In this document: in pieces, positions 11,683 to 28,292 of the stretch | How the letters are laid out: each line of letters opens with the position of its first letter | Numbering within the stretch: position 1 is the stretch's first letter | Assembly: GCA_964016885.1 (NCBI GenBank) | Contig: OZ024751.1 | Coordinates: forward strand, 34,596,001-34,660,000 | Length of the DNA stretch: 64,000 bases | Source: Eledone cirrhosa | Taxonomy: Eukaryota | Reading direction: 5' to 3' | Translations under genes and position numbers: made by a program | Notes under the pieces: generated by a model | The model's input: only the letters and a program-made list of their open reading frames with translations | Told to the model about the DNA's origin: nothing | Database searches by the model: none

Positions 11683-12439
11683 TAAAGATCAAAGGAGTAA
11701 TTGGAGCGAAACACAAAAGACGTGAAAGAAAAATAAAGCCGTATTAATGTCGTCAAAGTTACACTGCCAAGAGGAAAAACGTGGAGAAAAGAGGGACATA
11801 ACTGTCAGTATTTAAGTCAGGTAAAGAAGGTTGGTGTCAAAAGAGTTTTTTGTTTCCAAAGTCACTGAGGAGGGAGGGGGGGGGGGGCTGTAAACCGCAA
11901 GTCAGGTTCAAATGTTTCCAAAGGAGATTTACATTTTAAAGTTACCTAACTGAGGTTATGGGAATTGATTAGGTTTGCCATCCAATTAAGACAAAGGGTT
12001 TAAAGAACTAAGAATGGAAAGGGCTGCAAAATACATCTCGAAGCTCAAAGGTTTCTATCAAGCCACCACCTACCGACTGGAAATGGATTGCGTTGTCCTC
12101 TAAGAGGCAGAATTTTAAAGTTTTACAACTATTTCGTCCTTCGGTCTAACAATTCTAACAATATGCCGCAATTATTATAGAACTGATTGATCAAGGAACT
12201 GATCTGGGGCGTACAAAAAAGAATTGCCATGGCGATGATGGTGAATACCACTGCCACCACCACTACCAGAATAAACACCACCAGCGCCAGCGCCACCACC
12301 AACACAACCACAAACATCACCACCACCAGCTATACCACAATAACCACCACACCAATGATTCCTGTAGATGGTTCTGGTCAATTTGCTAATGCAAATGCAA
12401 ATATTTTAAGTTATTTTCTCTGCAACTGATGTATATACA

Positions 12440-14206
<1,767 letters not shown>

Positions 14207-14507
14207 ATGTGTGCCTGAAGTTGTATGTCTGTATATAGAGAACAGGAGAGAGAGTGAGAAAGAGAGAAATTTGCAGGTGTGAATGTCACACAATAGCTCC
14301 ATACTCCAAATATATATGTTCACACTCACAGGTCTAAATATATTGGTAACTATGATATCTACATATGAATATATATCCATGATAATTCCGTATCATATAT
14401 AAATTATTATATATATATAGACACAATACTGAGATAGAAAAGATATTTGAATAGACGACGACTCCAAGTTCTGTCTTTGGACATTTCATAGAAGACTTAA
14501 GAATATT

Positions 14508-14598
<91 letters not shown>

Positions 14599-14883
14599 TA
14601 GATAGATATAGTGGCGAGAAGGTCTAAAATGTTGGTTTCCAGATGAAGGGGGCCCACCTACATATAGAATGCTATCATTTAATTTCTATAATCAATAAAT
14701 AACATTTTCAAAAAATATATAAGTGGCAACAAAACAGTGCAATCAAATTCTTGCGGAAAAAAAATCTTAACTTCTCCAATAAAAAATATATTGTGTATTT
14801 TGCGAAATCCAGAGACTTTCAATAATGACCTTTGGTCTTTCACACTCACTCAATATATATATAATAAGGTTGATACCAATGAG

Positions 14884-15325
14884 CCAGTGATTGATAAGTC
14901 GACCCTAAATACGACTAATAGCTCTAGGATAGCCATGAACGCTACATCTTTTTAACTTTGATTTTGAAAGTAGGTTTATAATTATTAATTTTCATTATAC
15001 TTTTGTAGCTGTCCCGGTGGCCTAGTTGGGGGAATCATAGACGGTGGCGATCCTGGTCGGGAGTAGGGTTCCCGGTAGACCTTTTCAGTTTTTTTTTCTA
15101 TGCGATGTAAAATAATAACTGAAAAAGATTACAAGTACATCTCGACCAAGATTGAACCCAAGACCAGGTTCTCCACCGTCTCTAGTACCTACCACTAGTC
15201 CACTGAGACAGCTACGAAAATCTACTGAAAATCCATTCTTATAAACCTATTTTCAAAACAAAATGATGTGGTGTCATTCATTGATATTATGGCTCCTACT
15301 TAAGGTCGACTTCTAAATCATTTGG
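14884..15325. mobile_element. Old fold-back element with two inverted tRNA-like (Pol III box) modules
   Basis: Imperfect arms about 14884-15090 / 15117-15325 (AAGTCGACC/GGTCGACTT, TTTTGAAAGTAGGTTTATAA/TTATAAACCTATTTTCAAAA, GTAGCTGTC/GACAGCTAC, AGACGGTGG/CCACCGTCT); A-box-like TGGCCTAGTTGG and B-box-like GGTTCAATCT. Confidence 0.65.
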
Positions 15326-15493
15326 GTGTTCCATAAACTGCATCCTCGTTTTGTTTCTCATATATCTAGACTATATTTCAACCTGTAATCCATGTTTCAT
15401 TTCTGTTGCAGCTCATTTCTTCCCCACCACCTCTCTTTCTTTCTCTCTGTGATATTTGAATCTGCAATGATGTGGCCTTACAATAATTGACAT

Positions 15494-15582
<89 letters not shown>

Positions 15583-15903
15583 CAAAATATGAGGAAATAA
15601 TAGACAAAGATATACCTAATTTTTCTTCAAAGTCCCGACTGCAGATTCCCCGATCCGAGTGCAACGTTCTGCACTAGAACTGGAATGGTGAAAGATACGC
15701 TCCGTTATCCACTGTAACGAGATGTGTATATACATACATATGTATATATATATATATATACACACACGATCACAAATATAACAATACATGCGCGCGCACA
15801 CACACACACACACACACAATAGTATAATCTCAATCAGTTCGTCAACAAAAAACAGACTTAGTGATAAAACGCCGTTGGATTCAAGGCAGATTTCACATAA
15901 CCA

Positions 15904-16299
<396 letters not shown>

Positions 16300-16671
16300 T
16301 GAAAAGAAAGAGAGTGGCAGTGAAGAGGGGAATAGGTTTAAACTGATGAGAGCTGAACAGAAAATATTTTACGTAATTTACGGCTATTGTGTAATACAGC
16401 TGAACATTTTTAATATCAACTTAGAAGGAAGTTCAGTTGAAATACACCCGGAAGTCGCTTGATGGAAATCTCATATGTGTTCTTGTCATAGTTGTTAGTA
16501 GTCGTGGTATGTTTATAAATTGGACGTGAACAACAGGCAGATATTTTTATACATACATGTATACATATGTATATATACACATATGAATATATGTATATAT
16601 AGATATATATAAATATATTTCTATATTTATTTCTATTTACATTTATGTATATTTTTGTGCGTACATATGTG

Positions 16672-16743
<72 letters not shown>

Positions 16744-16745
16744 TA

Positions 16746-17208
16746 TACAATATTAAATAAATGGAAACTATATTTATAAAACCATATCTATTTCATTATA
16801 TATATTTCAGGGATATCATATTAACAATATGCTATGCCTTCCTCAGACAAAATACAATATAAACAGTTTTATAGATAAATAGATTCGACATACCGTAACA
16901 ACATCTACTTGCATTTGAGAAGATTGATTTGGTAGTCTAAATCAACCTTCTCAAATGCAAGTAGATGTTGTTACGGTATGTCGAATCTATTTATCTATAA
17001 AACTGTTTATATTGTATTTTGTCTGAGGAAGGCATAGCATATTGTTAATATGATATCCCTGAAATATATATAATGAAATAGATATGGTTTTATAAATATA
17101 GTTTCCATTTATTTAATATTGTAAATATACTCCAAATATTTGTCGAGTGCTTTTATATCAGTTATAAATATTTACTAGTTGTAACCCAACAATTTAAATA
17201 TAACTTTC

Positions 17209-17210
<2 letters not shown>
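16746..17210 (+). mobile_element. Fold-back Penelope-like relic F with hammerhead
   Basis: 185-bp arms 16746-16930 / 16939-17123 (about 1 mismatch), 8-nt loop, tail 17124-17210, long (TA)n on both sides. Confidence 0.82.
17015..17080 (+). ncRNA. Type I hammerhead ribozyme motif (mirror copy on minus strand at 16789-16854)
   Basis: tattttgt-CTGAGGA-agg...catatt-gtt-aatatg...cct-GAAA-tatata-TA-atgaaata; 8-bp stem I with two G-U pairs, palindromic stem III. Confidence 0.75.
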
Positions 17211-17280
<70 letters not shown>

Positions 17281-17286
17281 TAAACA

Positions 17287-17320
<34 letters not shown>

Positions 17321-17413
17321 AACATATATATATATACATATATATATATAAACATATATATATATACATATATATATACATATATATATATATACACATA
17401 TATATATATATAT

Positions 17414-17479
<66 letters not shown>

Positions 17480-17512
17480 ATATATAAACATATATATATA
17501 TATATATATACA

Positions 17513-17671
17513 GGATCTTAGATCCCGTTAAGGGTGAAAGCAGCGATTCTTTGCTTAAACTTTAATCTGTTATTTTAATAAATATTTGCTCTACGGTTCT
17601 TATATATTTGATATATATTTATCCTTATCGAGCCCTCTTTGGATTTTAGTCTTCAAATTTATTATCATTAC
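17513..17671 (+). mobile_element. Second copy of relic C family with a 6-bp micro-inversion at its 5' end
   Basis: 17520-17671 closely matches the reverse complement of 5073-5226; starts GGATCT-T-AGATCC; (TA)n on both sides. Confidence 0.85.
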
Positions 17672-17703
17672 TATATACATATGTATGTATATATATATAT
17701 ATG

Positions 17704-18027
<324 letters not shown>

Positions 18028-19220
18028 ATACACTCTGCTTCTCACACACGTATGTTACATGGCCAAATATAATATAACATAATTAGTCTGAGAAAATTCC
18101 AACGAAAACACAGACATTCTCTAAGCACCACAATCAATAATTATTTCTTAATTATGAATAAAGGCATATGATTGTTGTGTTTTGTGTGTTTCCATTTAGT
18201 TTTATAGACTAGATCTATTTGTGATAGGAATGTCTGCTGTTTGATACGTTTCTTTGATCTACGTTGTGTCTGTGTTTTGTGTAAAACACATGTTTTGGTG
18301 CGTGTTACGTCAGTTTGCTGTATGATAAGCATGTTTCCTGTTTGATATTACTATCAGGTGTGTAATAGGTCTACCTACCGTATAATATACATATTTTGCG
18401 TGTGGTACATCTGCCTGTGAAATAAGTTAAGACTACACATAGAATACCCAACCACTTTTACGTTAATTCCCCAGTCAGATATTCAGCTGACAGAACATCT
18501 GAATGCTCATCGCCGAAACCGACGGAATATTAATCATATATACAGCTAACGTAACCAATGTATTATTCCTTTTTTGAGAATGTAAGATATGATTTGAGGG
18601 AGATTCCATTATAGAAGCCCCGTTGTTCTAACCTATAAGTCAAGTAAAGGATTAGTCTTTGGAATAGAGGAGAAATCCAGACATGGACAGAATTTTGTGA
18701 AAAAAGAATTTCCACAAGTATGCTTGAATATTAATATAAATGTACGATTCTTATTAATGGAATATATTTCGTCTGGAATATTACACAAACCTATGAAGAA
18801 TATAAAAGCTCAAGATTGCCAAACTTAAGATTACTGAACATAAGAATGAAAGTTATAAAAATAAAATCGAATAAAAAGACAAGAGAAACAAGATAATATA
18901 GTCTAAGACAGAAAAACGGAAATGACCAGACCGCCATTTATAGCTGTTATAAATCTACGTAGATCTGCGCCATTAACACTAGTAACCAATATCAACGAAA
19001 ACATAGAATGAGCATTTGGAAAATATTGGCAATAATTCCGTAAACTTTCTAGGAGAGAATTCTTTAAATGATGACTAAAGAAATAAAATTTACGCTCATT
19101 TAAGATCCGGTGAACAAGATAAAAGAAAGAAAACGACAAAAGGATAAAAGAAAGAGATAAGATATAGTTGTGAATAAAATAGCAAATTCTAGAAATGTAT
19201 TCGATAGGAACTAACAGCAA

Positions 19221-19370
19221 ATGCTCTCAACGGAAAGAAAGAAATGTAACATATACAAGTCATGTAATTTGGTAGTTACACGGCGTTCTTATGGTATACC
19301 GGAAGTATTTAGCATGAAAAGAAAAGAAGACAGAACAAGACAGCTAAAATTTGAGCCAGTAGCGAAATTA
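19221..19370 (+). pseudogene. Possible highly decayed non-LTR (RTE-like) ORF2 C-terminal remnant
   Basis: Translation KCNIYKSCNLVVTRRSYGIPEVFSMKRKEDRTRQLKFE loosely resembles the K..IYK....P.L.YG.E.W....K....L..FE motif. Confidence 0.3.
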
Positions 19371-20857
19371 AAAACAAGTGTTTATATATATATATATATA
19401 AAGACATATGTGGAACTTACCTAAACACAAGAAAAGTTACAGCAATGGTAATACTCAGATATTAAATTTATAATAGAAATCAAATCAAATCAGTTAACAG
19501 ACATTGAATAGTTCAGAAACTGTTTTGTGTCATCGCCCAAGACATAATTGATATGTGAAAAACATTGACAGAGCAATATTATAATTCAAGCAGAATATAA
19601 ATTTTCTATAATATATTCGATGCTATTTAATATAATGTTGAGCTTATTCTTGTTTTAACCCCAGCTCTCATTGAGCAGATATTTGATAAAAGACCTTTCT
19701 TTTGGACACAAAGCCATCTCGTCTTTCCTTATAGCAGAGAGTGTATTCTCTGTTATTGGTAGACCGTCAGATGTCTTCGTTTGCTATCATAATTGCATTC
19801 AGATCTAGAATATATAATAAGATTATTAATTGTAATCCAGGATATGATAGGCACTCTATAATATCAACTTAAAAACCTAGGGTACATATTTTAACCGCCG
19901 CTTAATTTGATGCCAATAGCCATGACCCTAATTTTCCATCGCATCTAATATTGCTGAGAAAGAAGAAAGGTATCCTAAAGCAAGTTCTTCGGCATTATCA
20001 CTGCAACTAAGTGAACAATACTTAAACTGAAGAATATTTTAACTTTAAAATGAACCAAAAAGTGACAAAACTGGAACAGCTTTGATGAAACTTCTCGCCA
20101 CTTTGAGCTGCCCGAGAGTTAAACTCCAACTACAAGGACCATTTCCTTCAGTAGAGTTATGCCAACAGTAAATAAAGATTTTTCTTATGTTTGGTGCAGT
20201 AATATTTCACAAATAATTACGCCAGATGAGTTGGTTACCTATGAATGAGTGATAGATAGATTGGGGCAAGGTAGTGTTTAGTCTCTTGTCCAGGAAGACT
20301 AACACCATGTTTTCCTATCCGAAGTGAAGTTCTTATATCTGGATCTATGACTTACATAGTCAAAGAAAACATCAGCATCATCATTTCATCTTTCTGCTAA
20401 TAATATACGAGATATAATTGGAGAAGCTATGGACTACCGATGAGTAAATTATTAAGTGTCAGATTTAAATATATATACACACGCATTATACACACACATA
20501 TACAGATACAGGCACACAAGCACACGCTTGCACACACAAATACACACACACAAACACACAAACACACACATATATATAAGGGATGGTAAAGCCCGTATAT
20601 ATGTATATATATATATAAAGAGAGAGAGAGAGACTGGTAGATATATAGATAGAAGGAACTCGGGAGATTGTGTTTGAAATGATATCCGTGACCCTCACTC
20701 CAGCAGACCCGACCTTTCTACAGAACACCTGGGACAGATATCAATAGAGGAACAAATACTCACTTGGTTCAACCTCTTGACTTCAGAAACTAAATAAAAT
20801 TACACTAATTAGGAAACTGAATTTAACTTCCAGAACATCGCGATGGAATGAAAGCTA

Positions 20858-21086
20858 TTAACCCTTTCATTGTTTAATACATCTACTGTCATTGAGTTTC
20901 AGACTATTTTAAAAATAATAAAACAAAATAGTAGATTTCATAAAACAACTAAAATTCACATTAAATACGAGGTTAGAACATAACTAAAGAACATTTTCCC
21001 ACGTGAAATTATAATGGGAAGTTTAACACAAAAGTTTTTCTCTTCAGGGAACGGGGAGCGATTCCAGTCGGTATGATGGAGGTTAA
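20858..21086. mobile_element. Decayed TTAA-flanked MITE (piggyBac-type ends)
   Basis: TTAA-CCCTTT ... GGAGG-TTAA; interior colinear with 21594-22007. Confidence 0.55.
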
Positions 21087-21593
21087 AGATTAGGCACTAA
21101 CAGAAATGTTATATTTTTGTTTTCATAACATATCAAATTCTGTCCTTCATTATTCCTTTTGGCGATTAATGTACAGGAGGTTAATTCACACACTTCTCTA
21201 TAGAAATCTGTGATCTTATTACTGGACATCCTCTTGTGTTTATATTTTTAAAAATATTTTACTGTTAAATCAGTTGAAGGGGGATTAACAAAATCAGTAG
21301 AGCTTCACATGCCCCATTCACTGCGCTCTGGTTCAAATCCAGCTGAGAATAACTGTGCCTTTTATTTTTCGAAGAACAGTTCGGAGACTTTGAATTACCG
21401 GAATAGTTAAGAAGTCACATGATATATTTACAGTATCTAATACGGTTCGCTACTTTCCGAGTTCAAATCACGCCACCTTCTTCCAGGAGTTACACCTGTC
21501 AGATAATATCAACAATATGAAGGAAAATGGAAACATTCTTTTGTTGGTTTGATGTGGTAGAGGTAGTTTATCTCAAAGTTTATCCAATCAGAA

Positions 21594-22007
21594 TTAACCT
21601 TCTTGTTACCATATGTCTAATTAAGGCCACAGCCTTTGATTTTAAATAATTTAGAAAGTAATCAAGAGATTTAGTAATATTGAATTTCTCGACATTGCGG
21701 TGGTGTTTTAAGCCTGAATTACTTGTGATAGGAGGTTTCTAGATAAATATATACACTAATTCTTTCAATTTTATATTTCTAATGAAAGTCAATGCCTATG
21801 AATTTCAAATAATTTTGAAAATAGTAAAGAATTTAAAGATAAGTTTATTATAACTAACTTTTTCATTATTAAGTTAGTGTTTGGAGCACAACTTAACAAA
21901 GATCTTCACATGGGTGGGACATTTTTCAGATAAATATAATCCCTTTAACACAAGCAGGTCATAGAAGCTGCAGTGGTTTTGCGAGGTTTTTGTATCAAAA
22001 GGGTGAA
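21594..22007. mobile_element. Two stacked decayed copies of the same TTAA-type MITE
   Basis: TTAA-CCTTCTTGTTACC ... GTATCAAAAGGG-TGAA; block GCCT..GA.TT..AAATAATTT.GAAA occurs twice (about 21633 and about 21795). Confidence 0.55.
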
Positions 22008-23396
22008 TATACTTACAGGAAAACTGGTATCAAATTCACACCATCTGCCTCCTTGCAATTTACTATTCTTTAGATATTATTTTTACAGTTTGAGCGATAA
22101 GTGTTGATAGTTTAACTGATATGTTTCATTTTCTCGTTGAAACATTCTAGTGGTGACAATCACGTCTTATTTGTCACGCTAGGTGTGATGTATCCTGGGT
22201 AACATTATACAATTTTCCTTCAATATTCTATGGCGGTAGCTTGCGATATTATGGAAATTTAGTTGTTATGAAGTTGCTGTCTCTTGTAAAGCCTGTCTGC
22301 TTTGTATCCCAGGAGCTGTGACCGCAGAATTGAGATTTCCTCATAGTTTATAATAGCATTAATGCAAATCACCAATAGAGAGTTGACAACAACTGTTCAA
22401 ATCTATTTCTCTGTTAATATAACTGTTGAAATGATGTATGACAGCTTGACTTAGTAATATCATTATTTTCTCAGTAATTAGCATTTCAGCGATTCCATGG
22501 CTGATACAATTAAACTTCGGGAAACGTCCATACCTTACAAGACAACCACAATGAAATATGTTGAACAAATTAAGTCTCCATTGGGTTAATGTCCGGAAAA
22601 ACTTCCTTCAAATTGCATTCTACCGCCATAAAATCAGAAGCATACATTTGGGAAGTTAGTCCTAGATGTACTATGCCAGAATATAAAAGAAGATTTAATG
22701 GTTGGCATCCATATGTCGAATTTGTACTGGTTTGGCATCAGAAGCTAACATAATAATTCAACCTGTTAGAAATAACATAAATTTTTCACCAGTTTTACAC
22801 GGGGGTATTAAAAGAGGAAGAAGAAATTAAATACTGTAGTTGTCGATGGTCTTCAACAATATATTATTCACAATTTTGTTACACACAAGTAATATCACAA
22901 CGTAAGTAATAGTCTTCTATATTTGTCTACATTATCAATAATGTAAACGGTATTGATTAACTTGTTATGCTGTGATGTGTGCCATGTTTATTTTTCCATC
23001 TCCAGTGTACCTCGAAGTAAATTAAGGGGCCACAAACCTACATAAACATTTATTGAAAATATAACTGTTTGATTGAACGTTACTGAACGATACAGAGCAA
23101 TGACTGTTTCGCTGAGGTGGTATAATAAAACCGAAGCATGTCCTGAGTTACTTCGCCTGTCTAGTTCAGACTGTCCTTTACTTTACCTTATTACAAATTA
23201 GCAATACTCAAAATTGTTTAAGTGTTGTGTTATCTCCAATTCTTGTGCTTACTTTTGTAAAATAATGTTTAGTCCGGCTGGTTATATTCATGTATAAGTT
23301 GTATTCCGTATAGATATCACATTAGATGTATAAAGTCGGTTTATCTTGTATAATTGATGGACGTCAAATCCTCTATAAACACATTTATAGTTTCTA

Positions 23397-24086
23397 CTAG
23401 CAGAATGGCTCGGCGTTGCTCGGGATTCTAAACATAGATTGGCATGTTTATCCCTCCTTTCTGAAACAGTACAGAGAAGTACGGAATACCTCGGCCTGGG
23501 GATGGTGTCTACATTTTGTGCTTATAAACAAAATTCGTCGTAGATTACCAGGGGTTTAACTTAATTGGGTGCCTGAGAAGTAAACTGTTCAACCCACGAA
23601 AGCCAAGACGATAGGGTTAAGTAAAAAGGCATTCGACAAACCGAACATGTATTTGTTGTACTATGGTACAATGAAAGCAATAGTTACAAAGCAGTAAGCA
23701 TGTGGGGCTGCATTAGAGTTACAGGCCCTAACGCAACCAAAATGCTTTTAAAAATAGGTTTTTCGCCTAATGCGGTCCCTGGGGCAAAAAATGAGAAAAT
23801 CTTTTTTGCTCAAAACACTTTAAACGGTATAAGTAATGCAAATTTTGAAGAAACCGCCTGGATTATTGTTCCGTTATGCCTCAAAAAAGCCTTTAAAGCC
23901 TAAAATATGCGGTATTTCGCCTAATGCGGTCCCTAGGGCATAGAAAATTTGAAATATTTTTTGCTCAAAACACTCACACGACTATAAGTATTACATGTGT
24001 AAACTTTGAAAAAAATCGGTTGGGTGGTTCTCGAGTTTTAGGGAAACGGACAGACAGACAGACATTGTCTGTTTTAGATATATAGA
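23397..24086 (-). mobile_element. Non-autonomous Helitron (690 bp) with canonical termini
   Basis: Minus strand reads A|TCTATATATC...(GTCT)n...CCCGAGCAACGCCGAG hairpin-CCATTCTG-CTAG|T; no TSD; internal about 60-bp direct repeat TTTCGCCTAATGCGGTCCCT...TTGCTCAAAACACT at 23762 and 23915. Confidence 0.85.
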
Positions 24087-24850
24087 TAACGTGTGTGGAC
24101 CAAGTATTCTCGGAATACACACACATACATATGTAAATACACAGACACACACAGATACTCACATATATATGAATATATGTGTGAACATATATGAATATAT
24201 GTGTGTGTCTGTGTAAGTGTGTGTATATACTTTTAAGAAGATCATCTCACACATAAGTGCTCTAATATTTTGTACATACGTTATTCTCTTCCTTTCTCTC
24301 TCTCTTCATCTCTCTCACTATTTCTCTATCTCTTTATCTCTCTCTCACTTTCAGCTATCCCTCTTTCTTCATATCACTCTCACCCTCTCTCCCCTTCTCC
24401 CCCCACTCCCTCTATGTAATGTCAGTTTCATAATATATATATTGTCTGTGAAATATTCACATTCAACCATCTCAGAACAATATTTTCTCTCGTGAATATT
24501 AATTCCCATGTGGAGTTGTGCAGTACACAACATTGTAATATAATTAGATATCTGCAGTTGTTCTTGTCTCAATGTATCGCACATTAGTCAGACATTTTGT
24601 CCGCTATACAAATGGAACACCAAATCCAATTAGAATCCATAAGGTAAGACGGAGAAAATTGACTGAATGCAGGCGATGCATACAACCCTAAAGTATTAGA
24701 GGTATTATTATTGCATTTGTTGTTGTTGTTGTTGTTGTTGTTTCGTTGCGTAACCCCAAGTTTCACCAGTCTCTATTCAGGTAAATAGATAAAATTGGCT
24801 GACTGCAAACATTACGTTACATTGAGCCCTAACGTATTATAAAACATACC

Positions 24851-25056
24851 TGCTGCTACTGTTGTCGCTGCTACTACTGCTACTACTGCTACTGTTGTCG
24901 TCGTTGCTACTACTGCTACTACTGCTACTACTACTGCTGCTGCTACTGTTGTCGTCGTTGCTACTACTACTACTACTGCTGCTACTGTTGTCGTCGCTGA
25001 TACTAGTGATACTACTACTACTACTGCTACTACTGCTGCTACTGTTGTCGTCGTTG

Positions 25057-25103
<47 letters not shown>

Positions 25104-25110
25104 GTTGTTG
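24851..25110. repeat. (CTA/CTG)n trinucleotide tract with periodic GTTGTCGTC interruptions
   Basis: Direct inspection. Confidence 0.85.
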
Positions 25111-25292
25111 GTGTTGTGTAACTCTGTTGTTGCTAGTACTGTAGTGGTTGTTGTTGCGCTTGCCATTACTGTTGTTGGTGCAACTACTGTTTTTGTTGTA
25201 GGTTCAGATCAAAACTAGTGGAGATTAAAACGGGATCTAAAATACTCCAGCCATGACCAGGAGTTTTAAAACATATGTTAGAGTGTAAAGTA

Positions 25293-25456
25293 ACATTACT
25301 ACATTGTAGTAGTGCATGTTACTACATTGGAGTAGTAGTGTATGTTACTACATTGGATTAGTAGTGGTGTATATATTAGTATATTGGAGTAGTGGTGTAT
25401 GTTACTATATTGTAGTAGTGGTGTATGTTACTATATTGGAGTAGTAGTGGTATATA
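25293..25456. repeat. Degenerate about 25-bp minisatellite
   Basis: TGTTACTA(C/T)ATTG(G/T)AGTAGT(A/G)GTGTA units. Confidence 0.75.
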
Positions 25457-26124
25457 TTGTCAGTGGATGAGGTTCTTTGTAATAAATTGAATTGTTTTGT
25501 AGAGATGAAGAATTGTAACAGTGTGACTAGTGATTTATATCCTGGCACCTGCTGAATCAGTTCAAAGAATTCTTCTCAGTTGATGGCAATAGTTCATATA
25601 CACCAAGTGAGGAACAAGGAAACATTATTATCTCTGCCAACAAGTTGACGATTTGTGAGAATTACTATGTTCTTATTCCTGCAGCTAAAATACGTTTGTT
25701 CAGCCAGGAGTTACTTTTAAACAATTAATTCAAGATACAACACAATATACAATGAAGTATTTAATTATATGTTTATTAACTACGAAGTGGGAGGGTCGTA
25801 TTGAGTACTACTTTATGGGTAATAAATAATGTAAGTTAAATTAAGCAACAGGGAGAAGAGAGTATCATAATCAATCCTGAAGTGTCTCTATTGAAAATCG
25901 ATATTATGTAATCCGATATTTGTAATAATTTGCTGAAGGGAAGAAGGTGTGGCCACGGGAGATAACTTTTGTGTAATAGACGCTTATTAAACATATGGTT
26001 GCTGTTGTGTTTACAAATGTGATTTAAAACGTGAATTATTGATGTCAGTAATGTGAAGTCGACCCCAATCGTGCCTGCACTTCACATAAAATAAAGATGA
26101 CTATATTGTCTCAAGGAAGCAGGC

Positions 26125-26167
26125 GATCACTGATGAGGCTGTAACTAAAGACAAACACCAGCTGATC
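26125..26167 (+). ncRNA. Decayed hammerhead-like relic
   Basis: gatca-CTGATGA-ggct...agac-AAAc...-tgatc; stem I intact, GAAA and stem II mutated; (TA)n about 110 bp downstream. Confidence 0.35.
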
Positions 26168-26300
26168 TGATCTTGGCAGGATCTGAAAAGATCCAAGTTG
26201 TGAAACCTCTCACCATACTGCAAGCTAAACATATGTTGAAGAAACATATGGATATAAATCTATTTTCAATGATGCCTATATATATATATATATATATAGT

Positions 26301-26394
<94 letters not shown>

Positions 26395-26416
26395 CCTGTG
26401 TGTGTGTGTGTACGTA

Positions 26417-26468
<52 letters not shown>

Positions 26469-26471
26469 TGC

Positions 26472-26520
<49 letters not shown>

Positions 26521-27019
26521 CATGCTGGAATTCTTATGACTCTTTGATTAGTATCCGTCTAATCGTTTCCACATGAATACTGCAGTCCTATGAACCGATC
26601 AATAAGAGATGCCCCAAGGGTTACCACCTGAGATCTTAGGTGTTGTGGTACATAGCTAAATCGAATACTCACGTTGGCCTCCATGTCAACAAACCGATAT
26701 AAATTCTCTACCATATATATATATATATAGAGAGAGAGAGAAGGGTGAGAGAGAGAGAGAGAGAGAGAAGGGTGAGAGAGAGAGAGAGAGAGAAGGGTGA
26801 GAGAGAGAGAGAGAAGATGGTGATATTGGGAAATTATTCAATATATAATTATATGACACTGGAAGCGAGTGGTAGTGTGTTAGGACAACCTGGACGTGAA
26901 AGTAATATTTTACACGGCAATCAGACTCCTATATAGCAATTGTGTATGTGTATGTCTGTGTATGTGTATGTACGTGTGTGTGTGTGAGACTGAGAGAGCG
27001 AGAGAGAGAGAGAGAGGGA

Positions 27020-27103
<84 letters not shown>

Positions 27104-27459
27104 TGATACAAAAGAAATAAAGAGGAAAAGACACAGTGATTGAGAGACCGAAGTGGAGAACTTTATGAATATGGATGTCGCTAAATATATTATTAAATAT
27201 AGTAGGTTTCTAGAATATAACAACGACAACACCAACAACAACAATACCAATAACACCAATAACAACAACACCAATAACAACAACAATGCCATAATATAAA
27301 TATAAATATACCTAAAATAAAGCTAAACAGATGATGGCTGTTAAAGTATTTTAAGTAGAATAGAAAATATATTAATTTTTTTATACTGTATATATATGTT
27401 TATATGATATGTGCGTGCATGTGTGTGTGTGTATATATATATATATACACACATGCACG

Positions 27460-27583
<124 letters not shown>

Positions 27584-27606
27584 GTGTGTGTGTATGTATG
27601 TATGTA

Positions 27607-27653
<47 letters not shown>

Positions 27654-28061
27654 CTGTGCAATCCACGCAGATATATTCATCTATACACACCCCTGTATAT
27701 ACATATATATACGTGTATGTTTGTGAGGGGTGTGTGTGTGTGTGTGTAGAAGAGGTGTATATGTGTGGGGGTGTATGTTTGTGACGGGTATATATGTGTG
27801 GGAGGGGTGTATATGTGTGGGAGGGGTGTATATGTGGGGAGGGGTGTACAAATATCCGGTCGTCGCATTACTTTGAACTAGCAATTATTTTCATAATTGA
27901 TGAGAATCTCAAAAGTTCTACACAAGTATATAATTATTTCTTACATAAGTATATTGTCTGGGATTAATGGAGAGTGAAAATATTAAAAGCTTTCCATGGA
28001 GATGCTGTGTTGTTCATGCCGTTTCCAATGAAGTTATTGATTAACACAGACACACACACAC

Positions 28062-28116
<55 letters not shown>

Positions 28117-28202
28117 GTTGAACACTGGGAGGTAATATCCGTAGTGGTAGAGCACTCAGTCCATGACGAGTTAGGTAGAAGTGGTTAACTGTTGTGTTAC
28201 CA

Positions 28203-28292
<90 letters not shown>

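Noticed and set aside
14995-15215. Functional tRNA genes
   Set aside because: Box-like motifs are present but no intact cloverleaf; treated as element-derived
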